Positions 1 to 13,874 of a DNA stretch of 49,280 nucleotides are shown piece by piece (the stretch's first letter is position 1; every line of letters starts with the position of its first letter). The stretch lies in assembly GCA_013239625.1 (NCBI GenBank), contig MU054188.1, positions 11,310 to 60,589 on the forward strand, in the 5' to 3' direction. The notes below the pieces were generated by a model. It did not search any database. It had not been told where the DNA came from and saw nothing but the letters and a program-made list of their open reading frames with translations. This DNA comes from Lama guanicoe (lineage: Eukaryota). The position numbers were made by a program, and so were the translations under genes.

Positions 1-2045
1 CTGCTTTGATGTCATATTATTCATAGGTCAATGACAGACTCAGTATCATGGAGATTTTCTCCATTTTTCCTCAGAGTTTTATTGTTTTAGCTCTTGCATT
101 TACATTTTAGATCTCTTTTTAATTAATGTTTTCTTATGGTATAGGTAAAGTCCAGATTTATACTTTGTCCATTTTTCCCAGAACCATTTGTTGAAAAGAC
201 TTGTTCTTCCCCCAATGAGTAGTCTTGGCATTCTTGTCAAAAATAAATTGACCGTTCGTTATGTGAGGATTTATTTCTGGGCTCTCTATTCTATTCGTTT
301 GGTTTATATGTCTGTCCTTATGCTAGTACAGTATCTTTTAAACCACTGTAGCTTTATGGTAAGTTTTGAAATTATGAAGTGAGTTCTTCAACATTCTTTT
401 TTTTCAAGATTGTTTTTAGCTAATCAAGACCCTTGCAAATCAGTATGTGTTTGGGGACTGGCTTTTCCTTTTTTTTTTTTTTTTACTGCCAAAACAATGA
501 ATGTAAGAGTTTTGATAGAGGTTGTGTTAAATCTGTAGATTGCTTTGGGTATTAACTCTTTCACTCCATGACCATGATGTCTTTCCATTTGTTAGGTCTT
601 CTTTAACTTCTTTCAGCTGTTTTCTAGTTTGCAGCATACAAGTCTTTCACCTCCTTGGTTATATTTAATTCTAATTATTTAATTTTTCAGGTGCTACTGT
701 AAATAGAATTTCTTCTTTAATCTCCATTTTGGGTTATTTATTACTGGTGTATATAAACACAAGTGATTTTTGTGTGTTGATCTTTTCCCTGCAACCTTGT
801 TGAATTTGTTTATTAGCTTTCTTGTGAATTTTTGGGGGGATTTTCTATATATAAAATTGTGTCATCTATGAGTAGAGATGATTTTTCATCTTCCTTTCTA
901 ATTTGTAAGTCTTATATTTATTTTTCTTGTTTAATAGTTCTGGCTAAAACTTCCAGTACAACGTTGAATGCAGTAATAATGGACATCTGTGTTCATGATC
1001 ATAGTGGGAAAGTTTTCAGTCTTTCACCATTGTGTATGATGTTAGTTTTTGAGTTTTTCATAAGTACCCTTTATCATATTGAGAAATTTTACTTTTACTC
1101 TCAGTATTCTGAGAGTGTTGATCAGGGAAGAGTGTTACATTTTGTCAGAAGCCTTTCCTGAGTCAATTTAGATAACTATATAGTTTTTTTTGCTCCACTT
1201 CTGTTAATGTGATGTATTACCTTCATCGGTTTACTTATGCTGAACCACTCTTGCATGTACTGGTATAAATCTCATTTAATCATGGCTAATAATTCTATTA
1301 ATATGTTTTTGGATTTTATTTGCTAATATTTTGTTGAAGATTTTGCATTATATTCATAAGAAATATTGGTCTGTAGTTTTACCTTCTCATGATGTCTTTA
1401 TATGGTCTTGGTATCAGAGTAATGCTGGCAACATAAAATGATCTAGGAAGTGTTGCCACCTCTAAAATTTTTTGGAAAGGGTGAGAATGATTGGTGTTAA
1501 TAATTAGTTAAATGTTTAGTAGAATTCATGGGTAGAGCCATCTGGTCCAGGACTTTTCTTTGTAGGGAGGATTTTGATTCCTGATTTAATCTCTTGTTAT
1601 AGGTCTGCTGAAATTTTCTGTTTTTTTCTTGAGTGTAAATTTAGTTTATTGATTGGAGAGTTTTTTTCTTTTTCCTTTTTAATGTTGACATTTATAGCTG
1701 TAAATAGCCCTCTGAGTACTGCTTTCACTGCATCTTTGTATTTTGGCATGCTTCACTTTTGTTTTCATTCTTCTTTATTTTCTAATTTCCCTTACAATTT
1801 ATTCTTTGGGTTTTAAGAGTGTGTTGTTTAATTTCTACATGTTACTAATTTTTTAAAAAAAAAAATTTCCTTCTGTTATTGATATCTAACTTCACCCTGT
1901 TGTAATCAAAGAAAATGATGTGTGTCATCTAAATCTTTTGAGTATTTAAATCTTTTGAGAATAGTTTTGTGACCTACCGTATGATCTATCCTGGAGAATG
2001 TCCCATGTACACTTGAGAAGAAGATGCTATTCTGCTGTTGTTGGG
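1..2045 (-). mobile_element. Old LINE-1 ORF2 fragment (antisense)
   Basis: T-rich + strand. The minus strand gives decayed L1 ORF2 motifs: ~1970-2035 resembles endonuclease 'FFSSxHGTFSRIDHxxGHK'; ~270-375 resembles 'YYKATVIKTVWYWHKDRHIDQWNRIESPEIN'. Many stops and indels. Confidence 0.85.
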
Positions 2046-2365
2046 GATTTTTAGGGCAACGAAACTATTCTGTATAATAGTATATTGTTGGATATGTGTC
2101 ATTATACATTTGTCCAAATACACAGAATGTACATCACCAGGGATGAATTCTAATATAAATTACGGACTTATGGACTTTAGGTGATTATGCTGTGTCAGTG
2201 TTCATAAATTGTAGCAAATGTACCACTCTGCTGGGGGATACTAATAATGAGGATGGCTATGCATGTTTGAGGGCAGGTATGTATGGGAAATCTCTGTACC
2301 TTACCCTCAGTTTTGCTGTGAACCTTAAACTGCTCTAAAACACCAAATTCTTAATTTAGAAAAAG
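2046..2365 (+). mobile_element. L1MC-type LINE-1 3' UTR end
   Basis: Typical L1MC 3' terminus 'tatgggaaatctctgtacctt...cagttttgctgtgaaccttaaactgctctaaaa' followed by an A-rich tail. Confidence 0.75.
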
Positions 2366-5300
2366 AAAATGATCATAAAATATTTCCACAAGTGATTTTT
2401 TTCTGTTTACTTATAAGTTAGTTATCTTATTTGTCAGAAAATCTTGGGCTGGTCATTCTTGTTCCCACATAGATGATTTTGTTATTTTAAAACTTTTCAG
2501 ATTTATTTGCAACCTGCAATCAACCCGCATATATTATTCTTAATCTATTCATGTGTCATAGTTCTTAGCTATAAATTGCAGAAATAAATTCCAATTAATA
2601 TAATTAAAAGATGGATTATTGAAAGTATAAGATGAAGCTCACAGAATCTATGTATGGAAAACGTTTTAAAACAAACACCTAGAAAGTGGAAGGGGAAAGA
2701 GGAAAGCTGAGAACGCAGTGACTTCTCCCAAAGACCTCCAGAGCAGCTCTGTTTATGGTGCGGCACAAAACTGACCGCCATAGCTGGGTTACTACTCTCA
2801 GTGGATACTTAAGGCAACACTGTTGGGCCTTTTGATTACAGTGTCCTCAAACTATGATTGGTGGAATGAATCCTAAACTGTCACTGCTATTTTAGGTTAT
2901 TAACACCAGAGTCAGATATTCACTGCAGGCTCACTGTTCTAAGTGATACCATTTGACTGGCTTAGCTTTAGTCACATACTGGTAAGCTGGATGCCAAAGT
3001 CCGAAGGTAGCAGAAAAAAGGCTCTAGTTACTCGTCAACATCATTAGCAAAAATTCCCAATGTAGTTTACCACTTTGGCTGCCCAATGCCCAGGTACATG
3101 CTTCTCTGCATAATTAAAACTGTTTATAACTAATTTACTGGAAATATTGTACATTTGCCCAAGACACATTGACCAATCCACAATGTATTATAAGTCACTG
3201 CTTCTAGTTCTGACATACTATCAACTCACTATTCTTCATATCACAAAATGAAGCATCACAGTGTATCTTAATCAGTGAATATTTAGGCAGAAGATAAAAA
3301 TAGTTAAACTATAGAAATATTCACAGGCTATGGCAATAAAGAAAACTAGGGTAGAGACTACAGTCTTCATTTCTACAAGTCAAACATTAATTACTTCATG
3401 GTAAATTGAGTTTTTTTTATTACCCTTAATTTACTCAGAGTCACAGCTGGTAAGTAGTGTGGTCAGATTCCAGACCAAGTAGTCATGCTTAAAAGTCTGT
3501 GCTGTTAATCTCTAGGCATTATTATTTCTCAGTCCTACTAGCTTTCAGTCCTTTTTCTGGTTTCTGTAATAAATCCTTTTCAGATGCATATTTGTCTCAG
3601 GATCTTTGAGATGAAGTTTTCCAGTCTTTATTCTTCTATGAAATTTTTAATGTTCTCATTTCTTCTAATTCAGCCATTGTATTTACTGAAATTCAGAAGT
3701 GCAACATTACGTTTAGATTTTATGTTTACAGACTAGCAGAGTAAGTGATATTTCCCTGCACTATTATTACTCATCTTAGAGCCTTTTCACCCTACTCCTG
3801 ATTTTTCCCCTTTGCTTTCTTGTCAGTGAAATTAGTCAGTGGTGTTTTCTCTTACAGACTTCCTGATCATAAGCCTATGTCAGACAGCCTAAATCAAGCC
3901 GCACACTTGACCCAGTGTCAACTGTCGTGTTTTTATACTATCTTCTTCATCCTAGTGGCACCATTTTTCCTGAACTGAGCTTCCTCAACTGTAACAGAGG
4001 TTAGCAATTTGGCCTGAAGTAAAAGGTGTGCACATTTTTTTGGAATGTCATTTGGAATGCTGTAATTTTTCAAGTCACTGAGTATACCTCTCTCTTAGAT
4101 AATACCTTTCCACATCATGTAGCCTAATTTACCATAAAATTGTAGTAGAGTATAGCCCTAAATTCTTCTAAATTTAAGGATTTGTTTAAGATGTACTCCA
4201 TGCACGTATTTTGTTGGGAACATAAAGGAAGAGCAGAAGGAAGGCATTCAAGAATAAGATCCCTTATATTGTCTGTTTAACTCTGAACGATCTCTTCATT
4301 TCTACCCCTTATGGATGTGTGGAGGATAAGAGTACTTTGACTTTCTCAAGAGAAAAATGCATACTTAATACAAGACTGATTACAAGAGTAACTGTTTTAG
4401 ACCTGATTTTATTAGAGTGATTTTAGAGTCTCACAATGCCAATTGTTACTTTTAGATGTAATTGATCATTTTGGTGATATAGTCATTCAGATCTAATTTG
4501 TCATGAAATGTTTCAATAAAGAAGGTTTTAAAATATTTTCTTTCAGATTTCTCTTTTGACTAATTTTATTCCCCTTTTTATTTTTTACCCTTAATTCTTA
4601 AGGCTTAGCGTTTCCTCCTTAACCTTTTTCACATCTGAACTTCCTTTTGTCTTCCTAGATCAGGCCTTTATCATCTCTTTACTACTATTTTAAGGTTTCC
4701 TGTGAGATAGATTATTAATACCATGGAAATGGGGACTATGTCACTATGATTCACTTTTGTATCCTAAATGCTGAGAACAGTGTCTTGCCTCACTCTGAAT
4801 AGTAAGGAGGCTTTTAAATATATTATAAATTGAAGAATAAATGAATGAATAATGAAGATGCCTTTTCTAATTCATTATCTTCTTCTCTCCAATAAATGCC
4901 CAACAAATAGTCAGACTAATCAACTGCTTACATGACAGCAGTTTTTTGTATGTATGTATATGTGTGTGTATGTGTGTGTGTGTACAGGATCACAACTTTT
5001 CTCAGAAAAAATTCTATTTCTTCCACTAGTTTGAGAACTCATTGATTTTTTTATAAAGTATCTAGGAAATTAATTTCACCAGACTTACTAAATTTTACCC
5101 TTCATGCTGATTGTGGATCACAGATGTGTAAACTCTTCAAGATGTCAGAAAGAGTGAAGCCCCCATGTGCAAAGAATACGGAAGGTGGCAAAATATGCAA
5201 ACATTTAGATTAATGGTTACTACTGATGTTCAGAAAATTATCTTGCAGATATTGCAAAAATCCTGGAAAGTTACTGTTAATTGCGTCAGTCGAATTTCCT

Positions 5301-5439
5301 CTCCCATGTTGCTTTCAAATCTGTTTATATGAAAGCTTTCCTCTTTCATTTTCTTTTCTATGTGTCCCTTCATTGTTGAATGCTACATGTGAGAAAAGTG
5401 GTGGAATTTATGTGCAATTTTAAAGCAGCAAAGTGTTGT

Positions 5440-5625
5440 GTTTAAGAGCATGTACTTTGGTGTCAGACCACATGAGCTTGAATTTTTGCTGTGCAACTTT
5501 TGATACTATTCTTAATCTCCATTTCCTGATCTGTATATGAATATTACAGCACTTATTTTGTAGAGCTAATGTGAGAGTTAAATAGGTGCTGGCCCCATAG
5601 ACAGTTCTCACGTACTTTATTATCA
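5440..5625 (+). mobile_element. MIR SINE (degenerate)
   Basis: 'ttaagagcatgtactttggtgtcagac...cttaatctccatttcctgatctgta' resembles the MIR head and core. Confidence 0.6.
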
Positions 5626-6559
5626 CTTGTTTTTTCATTATAACCTTGGTTTAGTCTATGAATGCAGAATGAGATTAGTAATGAAATAAGCAATCCACAA
5701 AATACAGTAAAATTAAAAGGAAGGATCGACCTTTTAAAAATATATTTTAGTAAACACATTTTTTATGTATCAAGCATCCAAATTATCACCTAAATGTATA
5801 TTATTCTTTGTTAGCAATAACTGAAAGAAACGTAACTCTAATTCTAGTGATTGTACTTTCTTTCAATCAATTTATATTAAAGAACATTATTCAGTATAAG
5901 TACTATTTAATTAAAGTATGAATTTAATGTAAGTATAGAATATTAATATACACATTTCTATATGTACATAACTACTAAAAATTCTTCAAACCATGGGTTT
6001 CTGGATTTTGTTAAATAAATTCAACAGTTGATTTTCTCACTGTAGCGTAGCATCACATATGGTGTGACTTGGGCTTCAGAGCTTCATAACTTGCCTCCTG
6101 TTCCTCTGACTCGCAGTTTGATGTTGTATACTGGAGATGATGGGGCAGACAGGCTTAAAAGAGTTTGTCTCACTATTTTTGGTCTATTATCTACTGACCA
6201 GCAATGCTAACCACATTTTCTTCTTCATATACAAAGGGAAATAAGAAAGAGCACACTGAACTACCAGAACCAAAATATTCTTGCTCTTGATGTCAATAAT
6301 CTATTTGAAGGTAGTCTACAAACAGAAAAATCTCAATAGGCAGCAGCAATCGTATATGTTTGCTTATATGCTATTCAACTGGAAGTAAGTTCCTGTGAGT
6401 AAATTTAAGCACCTTCCTTCCTCTGTGCATTATTTATTGTAAGTCAACAAACATCTACCCTACTCTTCCACATACAGGTTTCAGGGCCTCAGTGAACATA
6501 ATGGACCCAAATTTATATATTCACTTTTCCCAATATTTGATGAAATTTAAGATGACTGG

Positions 6560-7475
6560 AAACATACAGATGGCCAAAAGGCACATGAAAAGATGCTGAA
6601 CATCACTAATTATCAGAGAAATGTAAACCAAAACTACGATGAGGTATATCACCTCACACAGGTCAGAATGGCCATCATTAAAAAGTCCACAAACAATAAA
6701 TGCTGGAGAGGCTGTGGAGAAAAGAAAACCCTCCTACACTGCTGGTGGGGATGTAATTTGGTGTAGCTACTGTGGAAAACTATATGGCAATTTCTTAAAA
6801 AACTGAAAATAGAGTTACCATATATGATCCAGAGAGCCCACTCCTGGGCATATATCTGGAGGAAACTCTTAATTTAAAAAGATACGTGCACCCCAGTGTT
6901 CGTAGCAGCACTATTTACAATAGCCAAGACATAGAAGCAACCTAAATGTCCATCAACAGTTGATTGTATAAAAATGTTGTGTTTGTGTGTGTAAATATAT
7001 ATAAAATACTACTCAAACATTTAAATGGGAAAGAATGAAATAATGACATTTCAGCAACATGGGTAGACCTAGAGATTATCATAATAAATGAAGTAAGTCA
7101 GACAGAGAAAGACAAATATTATATGATATCACTTATATGTGGAACCTAAAAACTGATACAAATGAACTTACTTACAAAACAGAAACAGACTGACAGACAG
7201 AAGACAAACTTATGGTTACCATAGGGGAAAGGTGGGGGGAGGGATAAATTAGGAGTTTGGGATTAGCAGATACAAACTACTATGTACAAAATAGAAAAAT
7301 AAGGTCCTACTGTAAAGCACAGGGAACTATATTCAATATCTTATACTAATCTATAATGGAAAATAATATAAGACAGAATATATATGTACAATTGAATTAG
7401 TATGCTGTACACCAGAAAATAACACAACAGTGTAAATTATAGTTCAGTAAGAAAATAATAATAAAATAAAATAAA
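6560..7475 (+). mobile_element. 5'-truncated LINE-1 (ORF2 C-terminus + 3' UTR + A-rich tail) with TSD
   Basis: 'cagatggccaaaaggcacatgaaaagatgct...tgctggagaggctgtggagaaaag' is the L1 ORF2 3' end. Tail (AAAAT)n. An 11-bp TSD AAGATGACTGG lies at 6549-6559 and 7476-7486, preceded by TTT (L1 endonuclease-type site). Confidence 0.92.
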
Positions 7476-10400
7476 AAGATGACTGGGCTTTTGGCATTAA
7501 CCTTTTCTTTAAAGTGAATGTATCATGTAATGCCATATTATTATCATTGTTTGCTTTCATGGAAATCAGCTTCTTCTATGTTGTTTGAGACAAAAGTAAG
7601 AGTAGAAGTATGTTTGATAGATTAAACCAAGATAATGTATTTTTTTGTGGAATTGTTTGAGTGCCTTATACTCATAAAGGCAGAGAATTGGCTGATTCTA
7701 TTAAATATAAATTATGTTTTTGACATAGTCATAATAATGATGGTGCCATATCACTCATATGTGATATTTTGTTCATAAATCATATACAGAATGCAATGCA
7801 TACATTTTAACATTAAGAAGTATTACATTGTTTGAAATTTTTTTTTATAAAATTTCGATGAGCAGACTTAGCTATCAAATTTACTTTTTGATGAGAAGTC
7901 AAAAGACGATCAATGAAATTTCTGCAAGTTAATATAAATCTCTATAAAGAAAGTGTCACATAAGGGTTTGTAGTTTACCCTATTTCATGCTGGTTTTGGT
8001 AGGACGTGCTAACATAGTCAGAGACTGATATCATGATGCCAGTTCTATCTGGCTGGAGGAAGATCTAAGCCATCTTCTTAGCAGAATAATAATTCAATTC
8101 CCTTTTTTTCTGAAATCCACAGAACTATTCAAATTGAGTATAAAAAATGGAGCATAATCTTGCAGTCATCTTAAAATCTAATAACATGCATGTCATCTAA
8201 AAAATGATAATCATAACTTGTCTTAATAATTCATATCCCCTCTTGACTAACCAACAATGGGCTGTGCCAGGTTAGGATTAAAAGATCATGTTTCTAACTT
8301 ACAGAAGGAAAAACACAAAAATGTGATGGAAGGACGAGGGGAATTTTTTCTTAATGCTCTTATCCAACTTAAAATTATCTATTAAACAAAAGTTTAGGGG
8401 AAAGTTTATTTCTGTATTTCTATCAGGTAAGAAATACTTATTGGAAGAATACATGTTACAGTAAACTTTTCTTGGCTTTGTATGTCTTTATTTTAAAAAG
8501 TAACTTAAAGTATTATTTTATGTACTCTAGAAGTAGAAATAATAGTAAAAATGGTTTACATTTACTAGTTATTTACCACTTGTCCTGCTCTGTGCTAGGC
8601 ACTTCACAGTCACATCATTTTATGTTTCTTCATGAGAAAGGTAGTATCTCCATTCTCCATAGAAAGAAACACAGGTATAGAACAAAGTTAGCATGTAGAA
8701 GAGCTGTAATTTGAACCCAGACAGTTTTGGGACTTAATTGTTTCGTTACTTCAAGCATTTTCGCCACAGATTCATGCCTGAATCATAGCTCTGCCTCTGT
8801 AGTCTCCCAGGGACTTAGAAGGACGTGGTGTCATTTCTTGCAAGGTGTTCTAGAGGAAGTCAATGATACTACATGACAAACCAAAAGTCAAGTCTCACAA
8901 AGAAGTTAGACAGAGTGGAGAATTGAACCTAAAATTGACCCACATGACAGCTATGACTGAACATTCCTAGATCTAGAAATATTTATAATTAATATTTTTA
9001 TAACTTAAGAGAACCTCTTTGTGGTAGAACAAAGAATGCCAGTTATAAAATTCCATAAGAAAGACTGCTTTGATTTCTGAAGCAAGTAAAAGCACTATTA
9101 GTAGCTCAGAAATAGTATTCCCAAGTACACACATAATGTGTAAATTATACAGTCTAATAGCAAGCGTAATTCAGGAAGTTCAGTTAAACACGGTCAAAGC
9201 CAGTGCTTTGAAAGGTACAGGTCAATTAATTGTCCCTCAAATATATTGGCTAAAGTTCAGTAATCCAAAGAAAATAGCTTCTTTCCCTTAAAAATTAGCA
9301 CAAGTCTGTGAGCCTCAGATAGGCAGAGAAATATATTTCTATTATAATAGAAAGCAATGCCAGGAAAGACGGAATTGCCCAAGTTCTCTCCAACTGATTT
9401 TCAAACATTTCTCTTATGATTGCTTCCTGGAGATCCAGATCCACATTGAATCATTCACTGTCTCCGGTGGGCCTGGCTCTCAAAATTTATTTTTGCAATT
9501 TGAATCCACCCTTACCTATCTCTGTCTAAACCTCCCATTTCCCCTTAGCTCAATGTTAAACTGGAAAACAGATATACAATCACATTTATAGCAAAGATAG
9601 AATTGTCAAATAAAAATCCAACATTTTGTAGTAGAAAAGGGGCCTAGAAAGTTTGAGTTGCCCAAGACAAAGTTATGACCAAATCAAGACTTACAGTCTA
9701 ACGTTCTTTCCATTCAATCACACATGAACTTTGCTAAGGTCCTAATGGTGACTGCCGAAATGTTGCTTTCCCTCTGGACCTTTGGGCTATTATAATCTAC
9801 AGAGGACCCTGCAGTCTAGCATCTTTTTAGCAAAAAATGTCGTTTGTATCACAATACATAAGACTTTGCTTATTCCAACCACATGTAATACGAGTTGCAG
9901 TACATGAAGTCTGTGAAACTATCATCAGACTATCATCAGCATTTTAACTACATAAAAATGATATATACCTGACTGCAAATAAAATCAATTATATTGAAAT
10001 GCAGTTGTCAAAACATAAATGTGGTATGGTAATATATGCTCTTACATAAGCTAAAAATAAAATATATTTACAGCATTTTCAAAGTGTGAAGTTTGTTGGT
10101 TAGCTTGGATTAGAACATATTATAGAGTAATCTTTGACTTGCCTCCTTTCACATACTGATCAAATAACAATTGAGTTAGGGAACACTAGAAAACAGTAAG
10201 AAAATGTGACAATTTAAAGTTTGGTGACTGAATAATGATGAGGCACAGAGTTGCTTGTTGTTGGACAACTATGTCACATGAGCCTCTACAGAAAGATGAC
10301 TGATCGTGTGGGCAATTTGAAAGTAGAAATGGGAGTAAATGTTAGTTTGAGAGAGTTACAACTTCAATATGATATGAATGTACGTGGCATTTATCTTGAT

Positions 10401-10829
10401 AGCAAGCAAGTTCATTAGATTTCTATTATTACTGTAGTTTGTTGCCCATATCATAAAAGAAATGCCAAATTGCAGTTAGAAGCTATTAAAAATAACAATT
10501 AATTTGTTTTCCATCCCACATTCGTAGTCTTCCTGAATTTTGGTCTAATTCTAGATACAAGATGAAGAGTAATAAAATCTGGAAATATCTTCCTCAAAGG
10601 TAGGGACTTATCCATGAAGAAGATATTTTTAAAAGTAAAAGATTAACAGAAGTCCTCTCCAGGGAAGGTCCCTCCTATGGGAGGCTGACTAGCAGGAGCT
10701 TGTGGACTGGGCCTCAGTCTCTGTGTGAGAGGGAGAGGGTGTAACTGGCCTGAGGCTGGGGGCAGGGAGACAGCCTGCTCTACCCGCTACCACTGCATGG
10801 AGACAGTGATGCTGGAGGGCAGAATGAAG

Positions 10830-10920
10830 GAGAAGGGCAAGAGAGATGGGCTGGTAGTTAGTGGGGGACATAGGTCAAGTAGGTCTTTTTGAATATGGGG
10901 AAGTTTTAAAGTTTGCTGGG
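10830..10920 (-). mobile_element. L2/CR1-type LINE reverse-transcriptase fossil
   Basis: The minus strand translates 'PTNYQPISL', matching the NYRPISLL hallmark of non-LTR reverse transcriptases; the minus strand is C/T-rich as in L2. Confidence 0.45.
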
Positions 10921-13874
10921 GGGATGGAGCCAGGCCACGGGAGTGGGGAAGAAGAGTTAATTAATGGGGCAAGGTCCCAGCCTGGGTCAGGTGTGGTCAT
11001 GGGTTGGAGTGCAGGGACTCTCGGCCTCCTGGCTTGCAAAATGGATATAGATGTAGATAAAAGTGAAAACAGAAGGCCAGATGTGAGGGACATGGGCCCC
11101 TGGCGAAAACCGAAGGGCGCTGCCTGGAGCAGAAGGACTGTGCCTGAAGGGATGGAGGGTAGATATCCAGCAGGCGGATGAGATGCTGTGGACAAGGGCC
11201 CCTCTGGGTAGAGCTTGGAGCAGCCTGGAAGGGGCTAATCCCAGAGTAGATGAGACAGAGTGGGTGTAGAGCCGGGAGGACAGGTTTGGAGTGTGGGTTC
11301 CTGGAGTCCACGATTGCTGAGGTGGAGTTCTTTGGTGTGGAAGGGGCCCGAGTACAAGAGGGTGGGGACTTGAGTGAAGACTGCTGCAGGCCAGGGCTGG
11401 AGCTAGGTGAGAGAGGCAGGGAGGAACCACGTGACAGCGACGGGGAGGAGCAGAGGGCCTGGCAGAGGGTGAAGGAAAAGTGTGTGAAGGAGTCCAGACA
11501 CAGAGGCTTCCTTACCGCGTCTATGTATGTCCTTCTGGGAGGGGCCACCCTTTCCCCTCAGCGTGCCTAGTTTAGTAAGTTCAGGGAAAATGCTCTCGTT
11601 AAGGTCCAATCTCTTTTCTCCATATTAAGGAGCCAAAGCACAGATAGTGAATAGAAAAAAACAGGTTTGGGGTCCATGTCAACAATACAAATTTGCATTT
11701 GTATGACTGATGTTACCACTTATGACCCTGCAACCGGAACCACTTGAGACTTGTCAGGGTTACCCCCTTTGACACTAGGTAAAGTCTCCATCCCTTGGAG
11801 ACCCTTCAGTAGGAGCTGGAGAGCTACACATCTCCCTCCCGCAGAGCTCACCCTCAACTCTGTTCTGCTGCCATTGGTGGCCGGGATCACCTCTCAGATG
11901 GAGGCGAAACCACCTCAAGAACACCCCTTTTAAAGCTTTAGTATCTATAGCTCATGCCTTCCTGAGGGCACTGGAGATGAGAGTGAATAGTTTTCAAAGA
12001 CTGTCGTCTCCCACTGACATCAGGCTCTGGTGATCTGAACTTTCTTGGTGCTCCCTCCAGGTTTGCAATGTGTGGTTATGTAGGTTGTGCACTGCACATG
12101 AACCCTACTTCTAAAGGGGCACAATTCACATCACAGACATAACAGATTTGTAGATTATTAAAGCTTTCCAGAAGGTGACAGTAAGGCATCTTGAGGGAGG
12201 GAATAGGGCATATGAGCTAGCCCAGCCCTGACTTTCTGAATGCATTGTGCTCTGCATCTTTGAAGGTGCTGGAATCCTCTAGCCTGTCTGGTCGACTTGG
12301 CCTCTTCCTCTTCAAGGTCCTGTAAAGGCCTTCTCAATCAGGTGTGGCATGCTCCTGGAGCCCCTGACACACACCACTATTTTGCTCCCTCATAAAGGAT
12401 GTTGTCTCTCTGTCTCCTCCATCTAGCTGAACCACCGTATTCACCTTTCAATCTGCCCCCTTGCCTAGCACAGCACTTAGGGGGTATATGCTCAATAAAG
12501 TTCTGTTGAAGAAAGTTGAACCTGTAAGGTTAATTTGTCTTATCAAAAGCTTAGGTTTGAGCAAAACCCGTCTCTGGCACATCATGGGCCCATTTAGTCT
12601 CTGAGATTTTATCCTCAGATCAGGCCTCCAACCAGTTGGAGCCATGTGCCTGGATAGTGCTATTCCCCAGGCCCTGAATCCCTTTCACCAGTTTGGCTCA
12701 TGCCTAGGCTGGTGCTGAGAGACTGTAAGAAACAGCCATGTCACATTACTGTTGTGTTTACAGCCTGGCTCCCCAAGAGGCCATTGTTTATTATCTCTCA
12801 CAGGTTGGCTCCCTGAGGTCCATGGAAAAAAGTTCTGTGATTTCTATGCCAGGAACATTTTCGTCTCTTTGGAGTATGATAGTGTTCTTTACTTTGCAAA
12901 GTGAGTTCTTTGGTTCCTGGTAAATTCAGAGACGAATCTGTGACCCACTTTCTATGATGTGCATTAACTCTGCGTTGCTGTGGAGTAACTTCGCCCCATC
13001 TTCTCTAGAATATATGTCTTTTCTAAACAACCTTTTTGTATGGTGGTGAACATTCTGGGAATGAGGCAGGGGGCAGCACCTGCTCTGGGCAGCTTTCATG
13101 AGCAGATTTGGGTCTGGAATCCAGGTGCTCTGACTTCATCAGGCAGAGACTAATAGAAGAAACCAAGTGGAAATGAAGTGAATGCTTCTGGGTCAGTCTC
13201 GGGTTTTCCAGGGATGATGAGACACTACTGTGGACACTGGCACCCTCACTTCAGGGACAAAGGGGGCACTGAACTCTCAGGGAAGGCTAAGGTGAACAGA
13301 GCATTCAGGACTATCAAATTGCTGGGCCAGGGCTAGCCCAGGAGCCCTGGGCAGGCCTCACTCATCTTTACATAACCCCAGTGCCTAGCACATGACGGAA
13401 GTCCAGCCAATATCTGTTTCTGAATGAGCCCCACCTAGGTTTGACTATTCCCAGCACTGCGGGGGGGGGGGCAAGGGCTGGGGACCAGGGGCACCCACTG
13501 TCTGACCGTTCACTACAGTAGGTCTGAAAGGACCGTGTGTTCTAAAGGGTAGGGCTGGAGTGGCCAGGCCAGGACAAAACAATAGTCATTGCCTAAAGGT
13601 GAAGTTAGGAACAAATATGTCATTTCCAGATCCATCTTGGTTCTGAGGAGTGTTTTCAGATAACTTTGATCATGGGACATGAGGGGCAAGTCAAGTATGG
13701 TGTTTTTGATGCCTGGAGAAGGAGGCCCCAGGAGAGTGGATCCGTGAGTGGTGGATGCCGAAAAACCAGCCTGTCCTAAGCTATGGTCTAAGGGGGTCGG
13801 CCTGTGTCTGGTGGTCAGTGGGTCCGCAGAGCTTCTGCAGGACCTCCCTAGCCACTTCTCTCTCTTGCTTGCAG

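Noticed and set aside
10689..11609. Cluster of 100-180 aa ORFs suggesting a hidden gene (SPATA31-like or a spliced partner for ACVR1B exon 1)
   Set aside because: No recognisable protein. Strand-skewed composition and an L2-type NYxPISL fossil explain it, and the candidate splice sites are not compelling.
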